Part shown: piece by piece, positions 31,257 to 41,162 of the stretch | Layout of the letters: each line of letters starts with the position of its first letter | Position numbering within the stretch: the stretch's first letter is position 1 | Assembly (NCBI GenBank): GCA_963737655.1 | Contig: CAVTTN010000002.1 | Location: forward strand, 2,752,001-2,816,000 | DNA length: 64,000 nt | Origin: an uncultured Planctomycetota bacterium | Lineage (GTDB): Bacteria > Planctomycetota > Planctomycetia > Isosphaerales > Isosphaeraceae | Direction of reading: 5' to 3' | Translations under genes and position numbers: made by a program | The notes under the pieces: generated by a model | What the model was told of the DNA's origin: nothing | What the model saw: only the letters and a program-made list of their open reading frames with translations | Database searches by the model: none

Positions 31257-32402
31257 ATGGCGACCACGAAGCGCGACTATTACGAGATCCTCGCGGTGAA
31301 GCGCGAGGCGACGGTCGAGGAGATCAAGAAGAGCTACCGCCAGATGGCCCTGAAGTACCACCCGGACAAGAACCCGGGGGACGACGTCGCCGAGGCGAAG
31401 TTCAAGGAATGCGCCGAGGCGTACGAGGTCCTCTCCGACCCCGACAAGAGGCAGAGGTATGACCGCTACGGCCATGCCGGTGTCGATGGCGCGGCCACCC
31501 ACAACTTCCGCAACGCCGAAGACATCATGTCGGCCTTCTCCGACATTTTCGGCGGCGGCCTCTTCGGCGACATGTTCAACCAGAGGAGGCGAGGCCCCCG
31601 GCCCGGCCAGGACCTCTTGATGAAGCTGGAGATCGACCTCCTGGAGGCCGCCCGGGGGACCACCAAGACCGTCGAGATCACCCGGCAGGAGACCTGCATC
31701 GACTGCAAGGGGACCGGCGCCAAGGCCGGGACCGTCGCCACCACGTGCGAATACTGCCGGGGGTCGGGCCAGGTCGTCCAGTCCCGGGGGTTCTTCCAGG
31801 TCGCCACGACCTGCCCGGCCTGCGGGGGCGAAGGGTCGCGGATCACCGATCCGTGCTCCTCGTGCCGAGGGGCCGGCAAGGTGCCGCAGAAGGTGTCGAT
31901 CCCGGTGAACGTCCCTCCCGGGGTGGACACCGGGATGTGGCTCCAGCTCCGCAACCAGGGGGAGCCGGGAGACGTGGGGGCTCCTCGCGGCAACCTGCGG
32001 ATCCAGATCCAGGTGCGGAAACATCCGTTCTTCGAACGCGCCGGCAATGACCTCCTGTGCCGGGTCCCGATCGGCTTCCCCCAGGCGGCGCTCGGGGCCG
32101 AGGTGGACGTGCCGACGCTCGACGGCCCGGACCGGCTGACGGTCCCCCGAGGCACCCAGAGCGGAGAAGTCCTGAAGCTCAAGGGCCGGGGGATGCCCGA
32201 CGTCAACGGCCGGGGGCGGGGCGACGAGCTCGTCGAGGTCGTCGTCGAGACCCCCTCACGCCTCACGGCCCGCCAGGAGGAGCTCCTCCGGGAGCTGGCC
32301 GAACTCGACCATGAGGAGGTCTCCCCGAAGCGCAAGGGGTTCCTCGAAAAACTCAAGGACTTCTTCACCGAACCCGACGACGACGGCCCCGAGCATCCGT
32401 AA
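31257..32402 (+). CDS. dnaJ: Molecular chaperone DnaJ
   Basis: DYYEIL, HPDKNPG, four CxxCxGxG repeats. Confidence 0.97.
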   Translation: MATTKRDYYEILAVKREATVEEIKKSYRQMALKYHPDKNPGDDVAEAKFKECAEAYEVLSDPDKRQRYDRYGHAGVDGAATHNFRNAEDIMSAFSDIFGGGLFGDMFNQRRRGPRPGQDLLMKLEIDLLEAARGTTKTVEITRQETCIDCKGTGAKAGTVATTCEYCRGSGQVVQSRGFFQVATTCPACGGEGSRITDPCSSCRGAGKVPQKVSIPVNVPPGVDTGMWLQLRNQGEPGDVGAPRGNLRIQIQVRKHPFFERAGNDLLCRVPIGFPQAALGAEVDVPTLDGPDRLTVPRGTQSGEVLKLKGRGMPDVNGRGRGDELVEVVVETPSRLTARQEELLRELAELDHEEVSPKRKGFLEKLKDFFTEPDDDGPEHP

Positions 32403-32487
32403 CCGGGCGATCGGACCGGCCGCCGACCCCTCCCTCTCCCATCGCGAGCCGGGCCCCGCTTCACCGGGCCCGGGACCGAGGACGGAC

Positions 32488-33006
32488 ATGATGAGCAGCG
32501 AAACCACCCCGCCCGACGAGAAGACCGCCGACGGAACCGGATCGACCCGCCCCGATGACCCGGCCGAGGTCCTCCGCCAGAGAGACGAGTACCTCGAACA
32601 GCTTCAACGGACCAAGGCCGAATTCGTCAACTACCAGAGGCGATCGAAGGAACAGGCCGAGAAGAACCTGAATTACGCCGTCTCGGGCCTCGCCGGAGAC
32701 CTCCTCGGCGTCCTGGACAACTTCGAGAGGGCCCTGGACGCCGCCCGGGGGACGGGCGCCTCGGCGATCGTCGATGGGCTGGAACTCGTCCACCGCCAGC
32801 TCCTGGGCGCGCTGGCCAAGCACGGGATCGAGCCGATCTCGGCCGTCGGCCAGCCGTTCGACCCGAACCAGCACGAGGCCCTCGCCCAGCAGCCCTCCGG
32901 GGACCACCCGGCCGGCACGGTCGTGGCCGAGCTCGGCCGAGGCTACCGATTGAAGGACCGGGTCCTCCGGCCGTCGAAGGTCGCCGTCTCCGTCAAGCCC
33001 GAATAA
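32488..33006 (+). CDS. grpE: Nucleotide exchange factor GrpE
   Basis: AEFVNYQRR, LDNFERAL, FDPNQHEA, GYRLKDRVLRPSKV. Confidence 0.95.
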   Translation: MMSSETTPPDEKTADGTGSTRPDDPAEVLRQRDEYLEQLQRTKAEFVNYQRRSKEQAEKNLNYAVSGLAGDLLGVLDNFERALDAARGTGASAIVDGLELVHRQLLGALAKHGIEPISAVGQPFDPNQHEALAQQPSGDHPAGTVVAELGRGYRLKDRVLRPSKVAVSVKPE

Positions 33007-33024
33007 ATCTTCCCGAGGCCCTCG

Positions 33025-33324
33025 ATGCCCACCTACGATTACATCTGCGACGCCTGCGGCCACGAGTTCGAGTCGTTCGAATCGATCAAGGCCGACCCCC
33101 AGAAGACCTGCCCCTCGTGCGGCGTCGATAAGCTCCGCCGGAAGATCGGCGCCGGAGCCGCCATCCTCTTCAAGGGGTCCGGCTTCTACCAGACCGATTA
33201 CCGGAGCGACTCGTACAAGTCCGCCGCGAAGGCGGACAAGCCGGCCGAGCCGAGCAAGCCGGCCGAATCCTCGTCGTCGTCCTCCACGCCCGCCCCCGCC
33301 CCCAAGCCCTCGACCGACAAATGA
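33025..33324 (+). CDS. FmdB family zinc ribbon protein
   Basis: MPTYDYxCxxCG...CPSCG...FKGSGFYQTDY. Confidence 0.92.
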   Translation: MPTYDYICDACGHEFESFESIKADPQKTCPSCGVDKLRRKIGAGAAILFKGSGFYQTDYRSDSYKSAAKADKPAEPSKPAESSSSSSTPAPAPKPSTDK

Positions 33325-33521
33325 TCCGAGGCAAGTGCCCGATCTGCGACAAACCGTTCGAGACCGAGTCGCTCGACCGGTGGCCGAGCTTCCCGTTCTG
33401 CTCCGAACGCTGCCGGATGATCGACCTGGGCCGGTGGATCGACGGCGATTACGCCATCCCGGCCGGGACGGACTCGAAGGCCGAAGGCGATCCGGACGAG
33501 GATGAGGAGGAAGGCCCGTAG
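33321..33521 (+). CDS. yacG: DNA gyrase inhibitor YacG
   Basis: CPIC...PFCSERCRMIDLGRW. Confidence 0.92.
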   Translation: MIRGKCPICDKPFETESLDRWPSFPFCSERCRMIDLGRWIDGDYAIPAGTDSKAEGDPDEDEEEGP

Positions 33522-33567
33522 GGCGGGCGAAGCCGACCCTGCGGGCGCGGTGCACCTTCGGGGACGG

Positions 33568-34797
33568 TCATCCCATCAACCGATCCGCCCGGCCGATGAG
33601 CTCGACCACGGGCAGGCCGTAGGGGCAAGCGGCCTCGGCGGCCTGGAGGTCGGCGGCGGCGAGGTCGCGGGCCTCGGCCGGCAGGGCCTGATAGAGGGCC
33701 CTCGCCTCGCCTCGCTTGCCGTAGACCGAGTAGTACCGGAGGTAGCGGAGGACGGTCGCGACGGGGACGCCCTTGGCGGAGGTCTCGCAGAGGTGGCCGC
33801 AGCCGTGGCAGTAGAGGTTCGCGGTCTTCGCCTTGTGCTCCTCCAGCAGCCGGGCCTGCTTCGGGTCGATCGGCGAGACGGCGGCGGCCATGTTGTCGCG
33901 GAGCATGTCGCGGTTGGTCATCTCGGAGACGACGACCTGGAACCGGCCGTCGGCGAAGACCGTCTGGATCGCGGCCTGCTCCTTCTTGAACCCCTTCTCG
34001 ACGAAACCCTGGAACTTCGGCGACGCCAGGGCCTCCTGGAAGTCGCCGGCCCCGCCTTGGGTCTTCATGGCGATCAGGCCGAGGTTCGCCTTGGCCGCCT
34101 TGTCCACGGCGCGCCTCACGGCGTCGATGTCCATGGTCCGGTAGTTGAACTGGATCATGATCTGGTCGAGCCAGCCGACCTCCGCGGCGGCCTCGACGAC
34201 CTCGGGCAGCTTGCCGTCGTGGCAGGAGAGGCCGGCGAACTTGATCTTGCCGGCCTTCTTGAGGTCCTCGAACGCCTTCTTCACGCCCGGGTCGCGGAGC
34301 AGGTTGATCTGCTCGCCCTTCAGGCCGTGGAGGTAATAGGCGTCGGCGTAGTCGGTCTTGAGCCGGGCCAGGGACTTGTCCAGCCTCTCCCCGAAGATCT
34401 TCGCGGCGTTGGCGCCCAGGGCGTTGCGGTAGCCCGAGTTCTTGGTGACGAGGAAGACGTCCTTGCGCTTGCCGGTGCGTTCGAGGACCTCGCCGATGGT
34501 CTTCTCGGAGTTCCCCTGCTCGTAGCCCTCGGCGGTGTCGATGAAGGTGACCCCTCGGGCGATGGCGAGCTGGACGAAGCTGGGCTGGACGGTCCAGCTC
34601 GTGCCCATGCCCAGGCGGGTGACCTTCTGGCCGGTCTTGCCCAGGACGACGGTGGGCACGGCCTCCTCGGGGGCGGAGGCCAGGAGCGACCCGGGCGACC
34701 CAGCCACCGCCGCCGACGCCCCGGCGGCCACGGCCGTCGTCTTGAGGAACTGCCGCCGGTTCCCGCCGCCGCCACCGCCGCACGGAGTGCTGCTCAT
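33568..34797 (-). CDS. Tat-exported aldo/keto reductase with C-terminal Cys cluster
   Basis: NRRQFLK Tat motif; LGKTG, IDTAEGY, TK, SLARLKTDY, GLSCH, AMKT; CHGCGHLC. Confidence 0.88.
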   Translation of the reverse strand: MSSTPCGGGGGGNRRQFLKTTAVAAGASAAVAGSPGSLLASAPEEAVPTVVLGKTGQKVTRLGMGTSWTVQPSFVQLAIARGVTFIDTAEGYEQGNSEKTIGEVLERTGKRKDVFLVTKNSGYRNALGANAAKIFGERLDKSLARLKTDYADAYYLHGLKGEQINLLRDPGVKKAFEDLKKAGKIKFAGLSCHDGKLPEVVEAAAEVGWLDQIMIQFNYRTMDIDAVRRAVDKAAKANLGLIAMKTQGGAGDFQEALASPKFQGFVEKGFKKEQAAIQTVFADGRFQVVVSEMTNRDMLRDNMAAAVSPIDPKQARLLEEHKAKTANLYCHGCGHLCETSAKGVPVATVLRYLRYYSVYGKRGEARALYQALPAEARDLAAADLQAAEAACPYGLPVVELIGRADRLMG

Positions 34798-34985
34798 CGG
34801 TCGATCCTCGAAGCCCCGGAGTTTTCGGTCGTCGCGCCTCATTCTGATCGGGCCGGAGGGCGTGGTCAACAAAGTTTTGAACGGCCACGACGGTCGATCC
34901 GCCGAATCCCGTCTTGCCCGAGCCCCTCTTCCTTCCCCGTTCGTGTCGCACGACAATGGCGTGACTCAATCCCGTGGAGGTGGAC

Positions 34986-35223
34986 ATGACCCAGCGAGCC
35001 GAGGATCTCTATCAGGTCGCCCTGACGCTCACGGATTCCGAGAGGGCCGACCTGGCGACCCGTCTGCTGGAGAGCCTCGACCCCGACACCGAGGATGACG
35101 CGGACGTGGAAACCGCCTGGGCCTCCGAGATCGCCGATCGGCTCGGGGAGGCTCGATCGGGGCGAGGTCAGGCCGATCCCCTGGGACGAGGCCCGCCGGA
35201 TGATCGCCGATGATGGCCATTGA
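34986..35223 (+). CDS. Addiction module antitoxin (TIGR02574-type), extra G near 35160
   Basis: LTDSERADLATRLLESL...WASEIADRL; removing one G gives GEVRPIPWDEARR. Confidence 0.8.
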
Positions 35224-35509
35224 GTTCCATCCCCGGGCTATCGAAGAGGCCCGCGAGGCACGGCGGTGGTATCTCCGACGAGACGCCTCGGTGGCTGACC
35301 GCTTCCTTGCCGAGCTGGAACGGGTCATCGAGCGGGTTCGGAGTGCCCCGAATCGTCCTCCCCTGCATCTCCTGGGAACTCGGGCCGTTCGCCTCCGTCG
35401 ATTCCCTTTTCGGCTGATCGATCGCGTGAGGGAATCCTCAATCCAGGTCGTCGCCCTGGCCCACGGGAAGAGACGGCCAGGATACTGGAGGCGACGGATG
35501 AACGGGTAA
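35213..35509 (+). CDS. Type II toxin, RelE/ParE family
   Basis: FHPRAIEE...WY...RRFPF...VVALAHGKRRPGYWRRR; overlaps the antitoxin. Confidence 0.88.
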   Translation: MAIEFHPRAIEEAREARRWYLRRDASVADRFLAELERVIERVRSAPNRPPLHLLGTRAVRLRRFPFRLIDRVRESSIQVVALAHGKRRPGYWRRRMNG

Positions 35510-35510
35510 C

Positions 35511-35551
35511 GCCCCGGGCCGACCGCTCACTCGGAGGGGCCGGCCCGGGGC
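35511..35551. terminator. GC-rich hairpin between convergent parE-like and tolC-like genes
   Basis: gccccgggccg ... cggcccggggc inverted repeat directly after the toxin stop; no clear U-tract. Confidence 0.45.
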
Positions 35552-35580
35552 GATTTGCGGTCGTTTCGCCGATCCTGACG

Positions 35581-37869
35581 TCACTTCGGCGGGAGGGCCG
35601 GGAGTTCGTCGTCGGTCTTCGCCGGGGGCGGCTCGGCGATGGCCTTCGCGGGCTTCGTGGAGGCTTCGGCGTCGCTGGCCGAGGCGCCCTTGACCTGGAG
35701 TTCCCGGAGGGGGACGGCCGGGTCATTCCGCGAGTAGATCTTCGGCTCTCCGGCCGGGATGGTCGGGGCGGAGGGGGTCGGGGGCGGCCCGAGCGGTCCG
35801 GCGGGGGCGGGCAGGTCCGGTCGGCCTCGCTCCTGGATTCCCGGAGGGGGCTGCGGGGTCACCGGGTCGAGCTGCATCGGCGGGCTGACCGGGCGGGGCT
35901 TGTACGGGCCGTCCTGGCCGGTCGGGTGGCGGAAGTGGCCGGCCTGCTGGTCTCGGGCCTGGATGTACGCCTTCGCCGGCCACGGGCCTTCGGCCAGGGC
36001 GATGTTGTCGTAGGCCAGGAGCGTCCCCTTGGCCTCTTCCAGGGCGGCGATCGCCGTGTTGTACCGGGTGCGGAAGTCCGCCTCCTGGGCGACGGCCGTG
36101 GCCCAGCGGTTCACGGCGTCGAGGTAGCGGTCGATGGTGATCGTCCCGTTCTCGTAGAAGGCCGCCTGGGCGTCGAGCCTCTGCTTGGCCGCCGCCTTCA
36201 GCCTCCCGGCGGTCTTGAACAGCTTGTAGTTGGCATCGACTTCCAGGAAGAACCGGGCGAGGGAGTGGGTCGTCTGGTGGACGACCTGCTGGAGGAACGC
36301 CCTCTGCCTCAGCAGGGTGTACTGGGCCGACTTCGTGTTGGCCAGGGGGCCGCGATAGCCCAGGGGCATCTGGAACGTCAGGCCGACCTGCCAGGTCTGG
36401 AAGTCGCTGAGCCGGGAGGGCTGCGGGTTCAACCCGGCGAGCCTCTGCATGTTCTGGAGCATCGGGTTGATGGCCGAGATCGTCCGGCCGCTCATCACCG
36501 ATTCGGCCTGGTCGAGGTGGTGGCCCAGGCCGTTGAACTGGTAGAGGGCATCCAGGTTCAACACCGGCAGGAGCTGGTTGCGGGCGACCAGGAGCTGAAG
36601 CTCGGCCACTCGCACAAGGAGCTGATTCTGGACGATGTCGGGCTGGAAGGTGACCATCTGGGCGAGGCTGGCCTCCCAGTTGGGCTCCACCCGGGCCTCG
36701 GTCGGGGCGGTGACCGGGATGATCCGGCGGTTGTCGGTGGGCGGGAGGCCGAGGATGTTGCGGAGCTGCCTCTCGGTGGTGATCAGGTTGGCCGTCTTGT
36801 CCACGAAGTCCAGGCGGAACCGTTCGAGCTGCTCGGCGGCCTCGGCGACGTTGGGCAGCGCCCCGTTGCCGACGAGGTACTTGGCCTCCTCGCGGCGGAG
36901 GATCTGGTCGCCCAGGTCCACGGCGGTCTCGCTCGCCCAGTATTGCACCTGGGCCTGGGAGAGTGCCCAGTATTGCTGCTCGATGGACCGGACCTCGGCC
37001 ATGACCTCGGCCTTGAACCGCCAGACGGAGACGTCGGCCTGGATTCGCTGGACGACCACCGGGGCGCGGTTGGCCTCCAGGCCGGCGGGGTTCGGGTTGG
37101 GGTTGAAGGCGTTGGGGGCCGAGCCGAGCAACGGCTGGCTGAACCGCATCTGCGTGTTCGTGGTATAGGCCGACGGGTAGACGTTGGTCGGGCTATTGGA
37201 GTAGTTGTAGACGACGTTGTGGGCCACGGAATACGTGGTGCCGGTCGCCCCTCGCTTCTGCAAGGTCAGGGCGGCGTTGGCCGTTTCCTGGGTGAACACG
37301 ACCGGGAACTTGGCCCCGGCGATGAACGTCCCGGCGGAGATGGCGTTGTTGAACGGGGCGACGTTCTTGTTCCAGAAGATCGTGGCCGAGAGGCTGGCGT
37401 CGAAGACCGAGAGGGCCTGGGCGATCTGGGTTTCCTGGATCGCCGGGTCATACACGGTGGTCAACGTGCCGGTGCCGAGGGCGCCACCGGCCCCGGTGTT
37501 CAGCGGGGTGGGCTCGAAGCCGCCGACCGGGATGCCCTGGGCACCCAGGGCGATCACGCGGACGACCTCGGAATTCTCCAGGCCGATCTTGATGGCGTCC
37601 TGGAGCTTGAGCTCCCAGTACTGCTCGGCCTCGGGATTGGAGGTGGTCCGTGGGTCGGAGACCTGGGGCAAGGGGACGTTGAGCCCCTCCTGCATGAAGG
37701 CCGCCTGCTTGACGTTGGAGTCCTCCTCCGCGGCCATGGCGGCCGTCTCGTGGGGGACGGCCCTCGCCTGGTCGATGTAGGGGGCCCGCCGGCAGCCGAA
37801 GCCCGGGCCGAGTGCCCCGGCCAGGGCCGCCGCCAACGCCAGCCGGTTCCCGAGAGAGGTCAATCGCAT
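35581..37869 (-). CDS. TolC/outer-membrane efflux family protein, probable lipoprotein
   Basis: Signal peptide ending GFGC; LQDAIKIGLENS, FSQPLL, EQQYWAL, ARNQLLPVLNL, FQMPLG; Pro-rich tail. Confidence 0.82.
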   Translation of the reverse strand: MRLTSLGNRLALAAALAGALGPGFGCRRAPYIDQARAVPHETAAMAAEEDSNVKQAAFMQEGLNVPLPQVSDPRTTSNPEAEQYWELKLQDAIKIGLENSEVVRVIALGAQGIPVGGFEPTPLNTGAGGALGTGTLTTVYDPAIQETQIAQALSVFDASLSATIFWNKNVAPFNNAISAGTFIAGAKFPVVFTQETANAALTLQKRGATGTTYSVAHNVVYNYSNSPTNVYPSAYTTNTQMRFSQPLLGSAPNAFNPNPNPAGLEANRAPVVVQRIQADVSVWRFKAEVMAEVRSIEQQYWALSQAQVQYWASETAVDLGDQILRREEAKYLVGNGALPNVAEAAEQLERFRLDFVDKTANLITTERQLRNILGLPPTDNRRIIPVTAPTEARVEPNWEASLAQMVTFQPDIVQNQLLVRVAELQLLVARNQLLPVLNLDALYQFNGLGHHLDQAESVMSGRTISAINPMLQNMQRLAGLNPQPSRLSDFQTWQVGLTFQMPLGYRGPLANTKSAQYTLLRQRAFLQQVVHQTTHSLARFFLEVDANYKLFKTAGRLKAAAKQRLDAQAAFYENGTITIDRYLDAVNRWATAVAQEADFRTRYNTAIAALEEAKGTLLAYDNIALAEGPWPAKAYIQARDQQAGHFRHPTGQDGPYKPRPVSPPMQLDPVTPQPPPGIQERGRPDLPAPAGPLGPPPTPSAPTIPAGEPKIYSRNDPAVPLRELQVKGASASDAEASTKPAKAIAEPPPAKTDDELPALPPK

Positions 37870-38219
37870 GGCCTGACCGTCCTTGACTTAGAGCGCCATG
37901 AGACGAGGGGGGTCGAGTGGGCGCGGGGCTCCCCGCGCACGACCGGCCCGCGGCTCGCCAACGGCGGAGACCCGCGCCTCGGTCGGTGGCTGGCCGCGTC
38001 CCTGCGGCACAGCCCTCGTCGGTCCAAAGGCAAGGCAACGACTCCGAGCAGGCGCGGCGTTCGTCCGTTCGTCCCGTCCCGACCGGCCGCGCAATCCGTC
38101 CGTTTTCCGGGGGCGACAACCCCGGCCCAGGCGCGTGGCCTCGGTCCCGGTGCGTCGATTCGACCTGTTAAGGGGTATCGGTTGTGCCGAACTTGGCTCT
38201 TGAGCGGGTCCGGCGGATT

Positions 38220-38723
38220 CTACGGTTTTCGCCGCCCGACGCCAGGGCAAAACGACCCATGGCGCAACGAGGGCGCCCGCTTCGGGTCCGCCCCCGAGAC
38301 AATGGGACGCCCCGGACCCCACCCTTCCCGCCCGCGATCAGAAATCCAGGGGCGCAGCTTCGACGGCGGGTCGATCAGCACCGCCGGCCGTCTCACGAAC
38401 GCCGCCACCCAGATCAGCACCAGGATCACCGACTGGACCCCGAACGGCTCGCCGTGCTCCATATGCGTGACGATCGCCCCGCCCATGTACGACGACAACA
38501 GCAGCACGCCCAGCGGGTGGACCCTCGGCGCCATGAACAACACGGCGCTGACCAGCTCGCCGATGCCGATCAGGGCGATCCGGTCGGCAAGCCCCCACTC
38601 GCCGAACGACTTGACCACCGGCGCGGCCCTCATCAGCTTCGCCACCGCGCTCGCGACGAACAGCAGACCCAGGGCCGAGGTGAGGAACCAGCCGAGATAA
38701 TGGCGGGCCTTGGCGACGTTCAT
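38220..38723 (-). CDS. DoxX-like small membrane protein (3' end uncertain, may end near 38338)
   Basis: LLFVASAVAKL, LIGIGEL, GVLLLSSYMGGAIVTH. Confidence 0.8.
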   Translation of the reverse strand: MNVAKARHYLGWFLTSALGLLFVASAVAKLMRAAPVVKSFGEWGLADRIALIGIGELVSAVLFMAPRVHPLGVLLLSSYMGGAIVTHMEHGEPFGVQSVILVLIWVAAFVRRPAVLIDPPSKLRPWISDRGREGWGPGRPIVSGADPKRAPSLRHGSFCPGVGRRKP

Positions 38724-39073
38724 CACGCCACCGGGCCGGGGTTCTGCCCGGCCGGAGAGGTCGCCGCCACGGCCTTCTTGATCCTCTTCTTGAGCGACCT
38801 CGTCAGCTTCTTCCGCAGGTAGGCGACCTCCCCCGGCTCGCTGCCCTCCAGCGCATGCCCGAGGAACTGGATCAGATAGCCGACGACGAACAGCGTCGCG
38901 GAGAAGACGAACAGGGGGACCGACATCAGGGCCACGTAGATCGGCACGGTCAGGACGCCCATCAGAGTCATCGGGATGCCCACCATGTGGAGGGCGAACG
39001 TGACGGGCCTCCGATGCCTCTCCAGCCAGTCCTGGACAACCGGGGCCGGGGTCAATGGGGGGCAGAGCATCAT
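38723..39073 (-). CDS. DUF962/Mpo1-like membrane protein
   Basis: RH..P....LHMVGIP ... QFLGH..EG..P; TGATG overlap with the DoxX gene. Confidence 0.8.
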   Translation of the reverse strand: MMLCPPLTPAPVVQDWLERHRRPVTFALHMVGIPMTLMGVLTVPIYVALMSVPLFVFSATLFVVGYLIQFLGHALEGSEPGEVAYLRKKLTRSLKKRIKKAVAATSPAGQNPGPVA

Positions 39074-39237
39074 GCGGTGCGGTCCTGGCTCGGCCCGCGA
39101 TCCCGGGGCAAGGGCCGTCGCTTGACGGCGGATCGCGGTCTCGGTTACGTTCCGGGTCATCGGCCGGTTTTTCGGCTTTTGACGATACCCCATCCGCGAC
39201 TCGCGCCGCAACGCCTTTCCCGGAGAGCAACCGACTC

Positions 39238-40326
39238 ATGGCCCACCCCGTGACCCTGATCCCCGGCGACGGCGTCGGGCCCGAGCTGGCCGAAGCGACG
39301 AGGATGTGCATCGACGCCACCGGCGTGGCCATCGACTGGGACATCCAGCACGCCGGCGTGGACATCATGGAGACCGCCGGGACGCCCGTCCCCGACTCCG
39401 TCCTCGAATCCTGCCGACGCACCGGATGCGCCCTGAAGGCCCCGATCACCACGCCCGTCGGCACCGGATTCCGCTCCGTCAATGTCTACTTGAGGCAGGC
39501 GCTGGACCTCTACGCCTGCGTCCGCCCGTGCAAGCAGTATCCCGGCGTCCGCACCTTCTTCTCCAACACGAAGGTGGACATCGTCATCGTCCGCGAGAAC
39601 ACCGAGGACCTCTACCTCGGCTGCGAGTTCGAGCAGGGCAAGCCCGAGACCGCCGAATTGATCGGCACCATCAAGCGGCTCAACGGCAAGACGATCCGGC
39701 CGGATTCGGGCATCTCGATCAAGCCGATCTCGATCACCGGCAGCGAGCGGATCGTCAAGTACGCGTTCGACTACGCCCGCGAGCACGGCCGGAAGAAGGT
39801 CACGGCCGTCCACAAGGCCAACATCCTGAAGTTCTCCGACGGCCTGTTCCTCGAAGTCGCCCGAGAGGTGGCCAAGGGCTACCCGGACATCGAGTTCGAA
39901 GACCGGATCGTGGACAACATGTGCATGCAGCTCGTCCAGAAGCCCGAGCTGTACGACGTCCTCGTCTTGCCCAACCTCTACGGAGACATCCTCTCGGACC
40001 TCGGCGCCGGCCTGGTCGGCGGCCTCGGGGTGGCCCCCGGGGCGAACATCGGCGAGAAGGGCGCGGTCTTCGAGGCCACCCACGGCTCGGCCCCGAAGTA
40101 CAAGGGCCAGTGGAAGATGAACCCGGTCGCGCTGATCCTCTCCGGGGTCCTCATGCTGGAGCACCTCGGCGAGAAGGACGCCGCGAAGAGGCTGGAAGCC
40201 GCAGTGGCCAAGGTGATCGTGGAAGGCAAGGACGTGACCTACGACATGAAGCCCCACCGAGACGACCCCTCGGCCGTCGGCACCAAGCAAATGGCCGAGG
40301 CGATCATCCGCGCGATGGGCGCCTGA
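39238..40326 (+). CDS. icd: NAD-dependent isocitrate dehydrogenase (isocitrate/isopropylmalate family)
   Basis: [57 protein letters not shown]. Confidence 0.9.
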   Translation: MAHPVTLIPGDGVGPELAEATRMCIDATGVAIDWDIQHAGVDIMETAGTPVPDSVLESCRRTGCALKAPITTPVGTGFRSVNVYLRQALDLYACVRPCKQYPGVRTFFSNTKVDIVIVRENTEDLYLGCEFEQGKPETAELIGTIKRLNGKTIRPDSGISIKPISITGSERIVKYAFDYAREHGRKKVTAVHKANILKFSDGLFLEVAREVAKGYPDIEFEDRIVDNMCMQLVQKPELYDVLVLPNLYGDILSDLGAGLVGGLGVAPGANIGEKGAVFEATHGSAPKYKGQWKMNPVALILSGVLMLEHLGEKDAAKRLEAAVAKVIVEGKDVTYDMKPHRDDPSAVGTKQMAEAIIRAMGA

Positions 40327-40580
40327 TGGCCCGGGCGAAGCGGGGGCGGCCCCGACATCCGAACAAGGACATCGAGGCCGCCGTTCGCTATGCTGAAGGA
40401 CAGGGGTGGATCTGCACGACCCCGGCCAGCCACGCCTGGGGTCGTCTCTATTGCCCTGAAGGGACTCGGGAAGGCTGCCACTTCTCCGTGTGGTCCACCC
40501 CGAGGCGCCCCTCAGAGTTCGCCGAATCCATCTGCCGTCGAGTAGACCGCTGTCCCCACGCGGGCGAGGCCGACGAATGA
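40326..40580 (+). CDS. Small basic protein, putative HicA-like toxin
   Basis: HPNKDIEAAVRYAE..GW....SHAWGRLYCP...SVWSTP; ATG overlaps the icd stop and its stop overlaps the next ATG. Confidence 0.65.
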   Translation: MARAKRGRPRHPNKDIEAAVRYAEGQGWICTTPASHAWGRLYCPEGTREGCHFSVWSTPRRPSEFAESICRRVDRCPHAGEADE

Positions 40581-40882
40581 AGACGACCAGCACCCGGCCG
40601 AAACGATCGCCAAATCAACGGCCGAGGGAGCCGAAGCGGCCGGTCTTCCGATTCAGCCTCATCTACTCCGGCCCGACCGAGCTGACCGACGAGATCGAGA
40701 ACGCCCTCCTGGAAGCCGGTTGCGACGACGCCCTCCTGGGAATCCAGGGCGGCCGACTGTTCCTCGACTTCGCCCGAGAGGCCCCGTCCTTCCGCCTCGC
40801 CCTGACCTCGGCGATCATGGACGTGGAGTTTGCCTGCCTGGGCCTGGAGCTCGTCCGCGTCGATTCGGATGGGACCGCCTGA
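40577..40882 (+). CDS. Small acidic protein, putative HicB-like antitoxin lacking a C-terminal HTH
   Basis: FRFSLI...ALLEAGCDDALLG...LDFAREAPSF..A..SAIxDVE; ATGA overlap with the upstream gene. Confidence 0.65.
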   Translation: MKTTSTRPKRSPNQRPREPKRPVFRFSLIYSGPTELTDEIENALLEAGCDDALLGIQGGRLFLDFAREAPSFRLALTSAIMDVEFACLGLELVRVDSDGTA

Positions 40883-40915
40883 GCGCGGCCGAATTTTCAA
40901 GGAGTCTCTTCGGAG

Positions 40916-41113
40916 ATGGTCGACTCGCCTCAGGACGGGGATTTCCTCAAGGACGCCTTCGTCGAGGACCTCCAGCAGCATCGCGAGACTTTCCTCGAAT
41001 TTTTTGCCGCAGTCCTGGAAGATCACGCCCTCTCCAGGGCCATCCAGGAGGGACGGACGTCGGGTCCGTTCTCCCGCCATGAAGTCTTGCGGATTCTGGG
41101 GACTCCGGGATGA
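40916..41113 (+). CDS. Small acidic antitoxin-like hypothetical protein
   Basis: 65 aa; LEDHALSRAIQEG....SRHEV resembles short antitoxins that usually precede RelE genes. Confidence 0.5.
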   Translation: MVDSPQDGDFLKDAFVEDLQQHRETFLEFFAAVLEDHALSRAIQEGRTSGPFSRHEVLRILGTPG

Positions 41114-41162
41114 ACTCGACGCCCGGCCCGTGTTCCGTCCGTCGCCTTGTTCGGCGCCTTCC

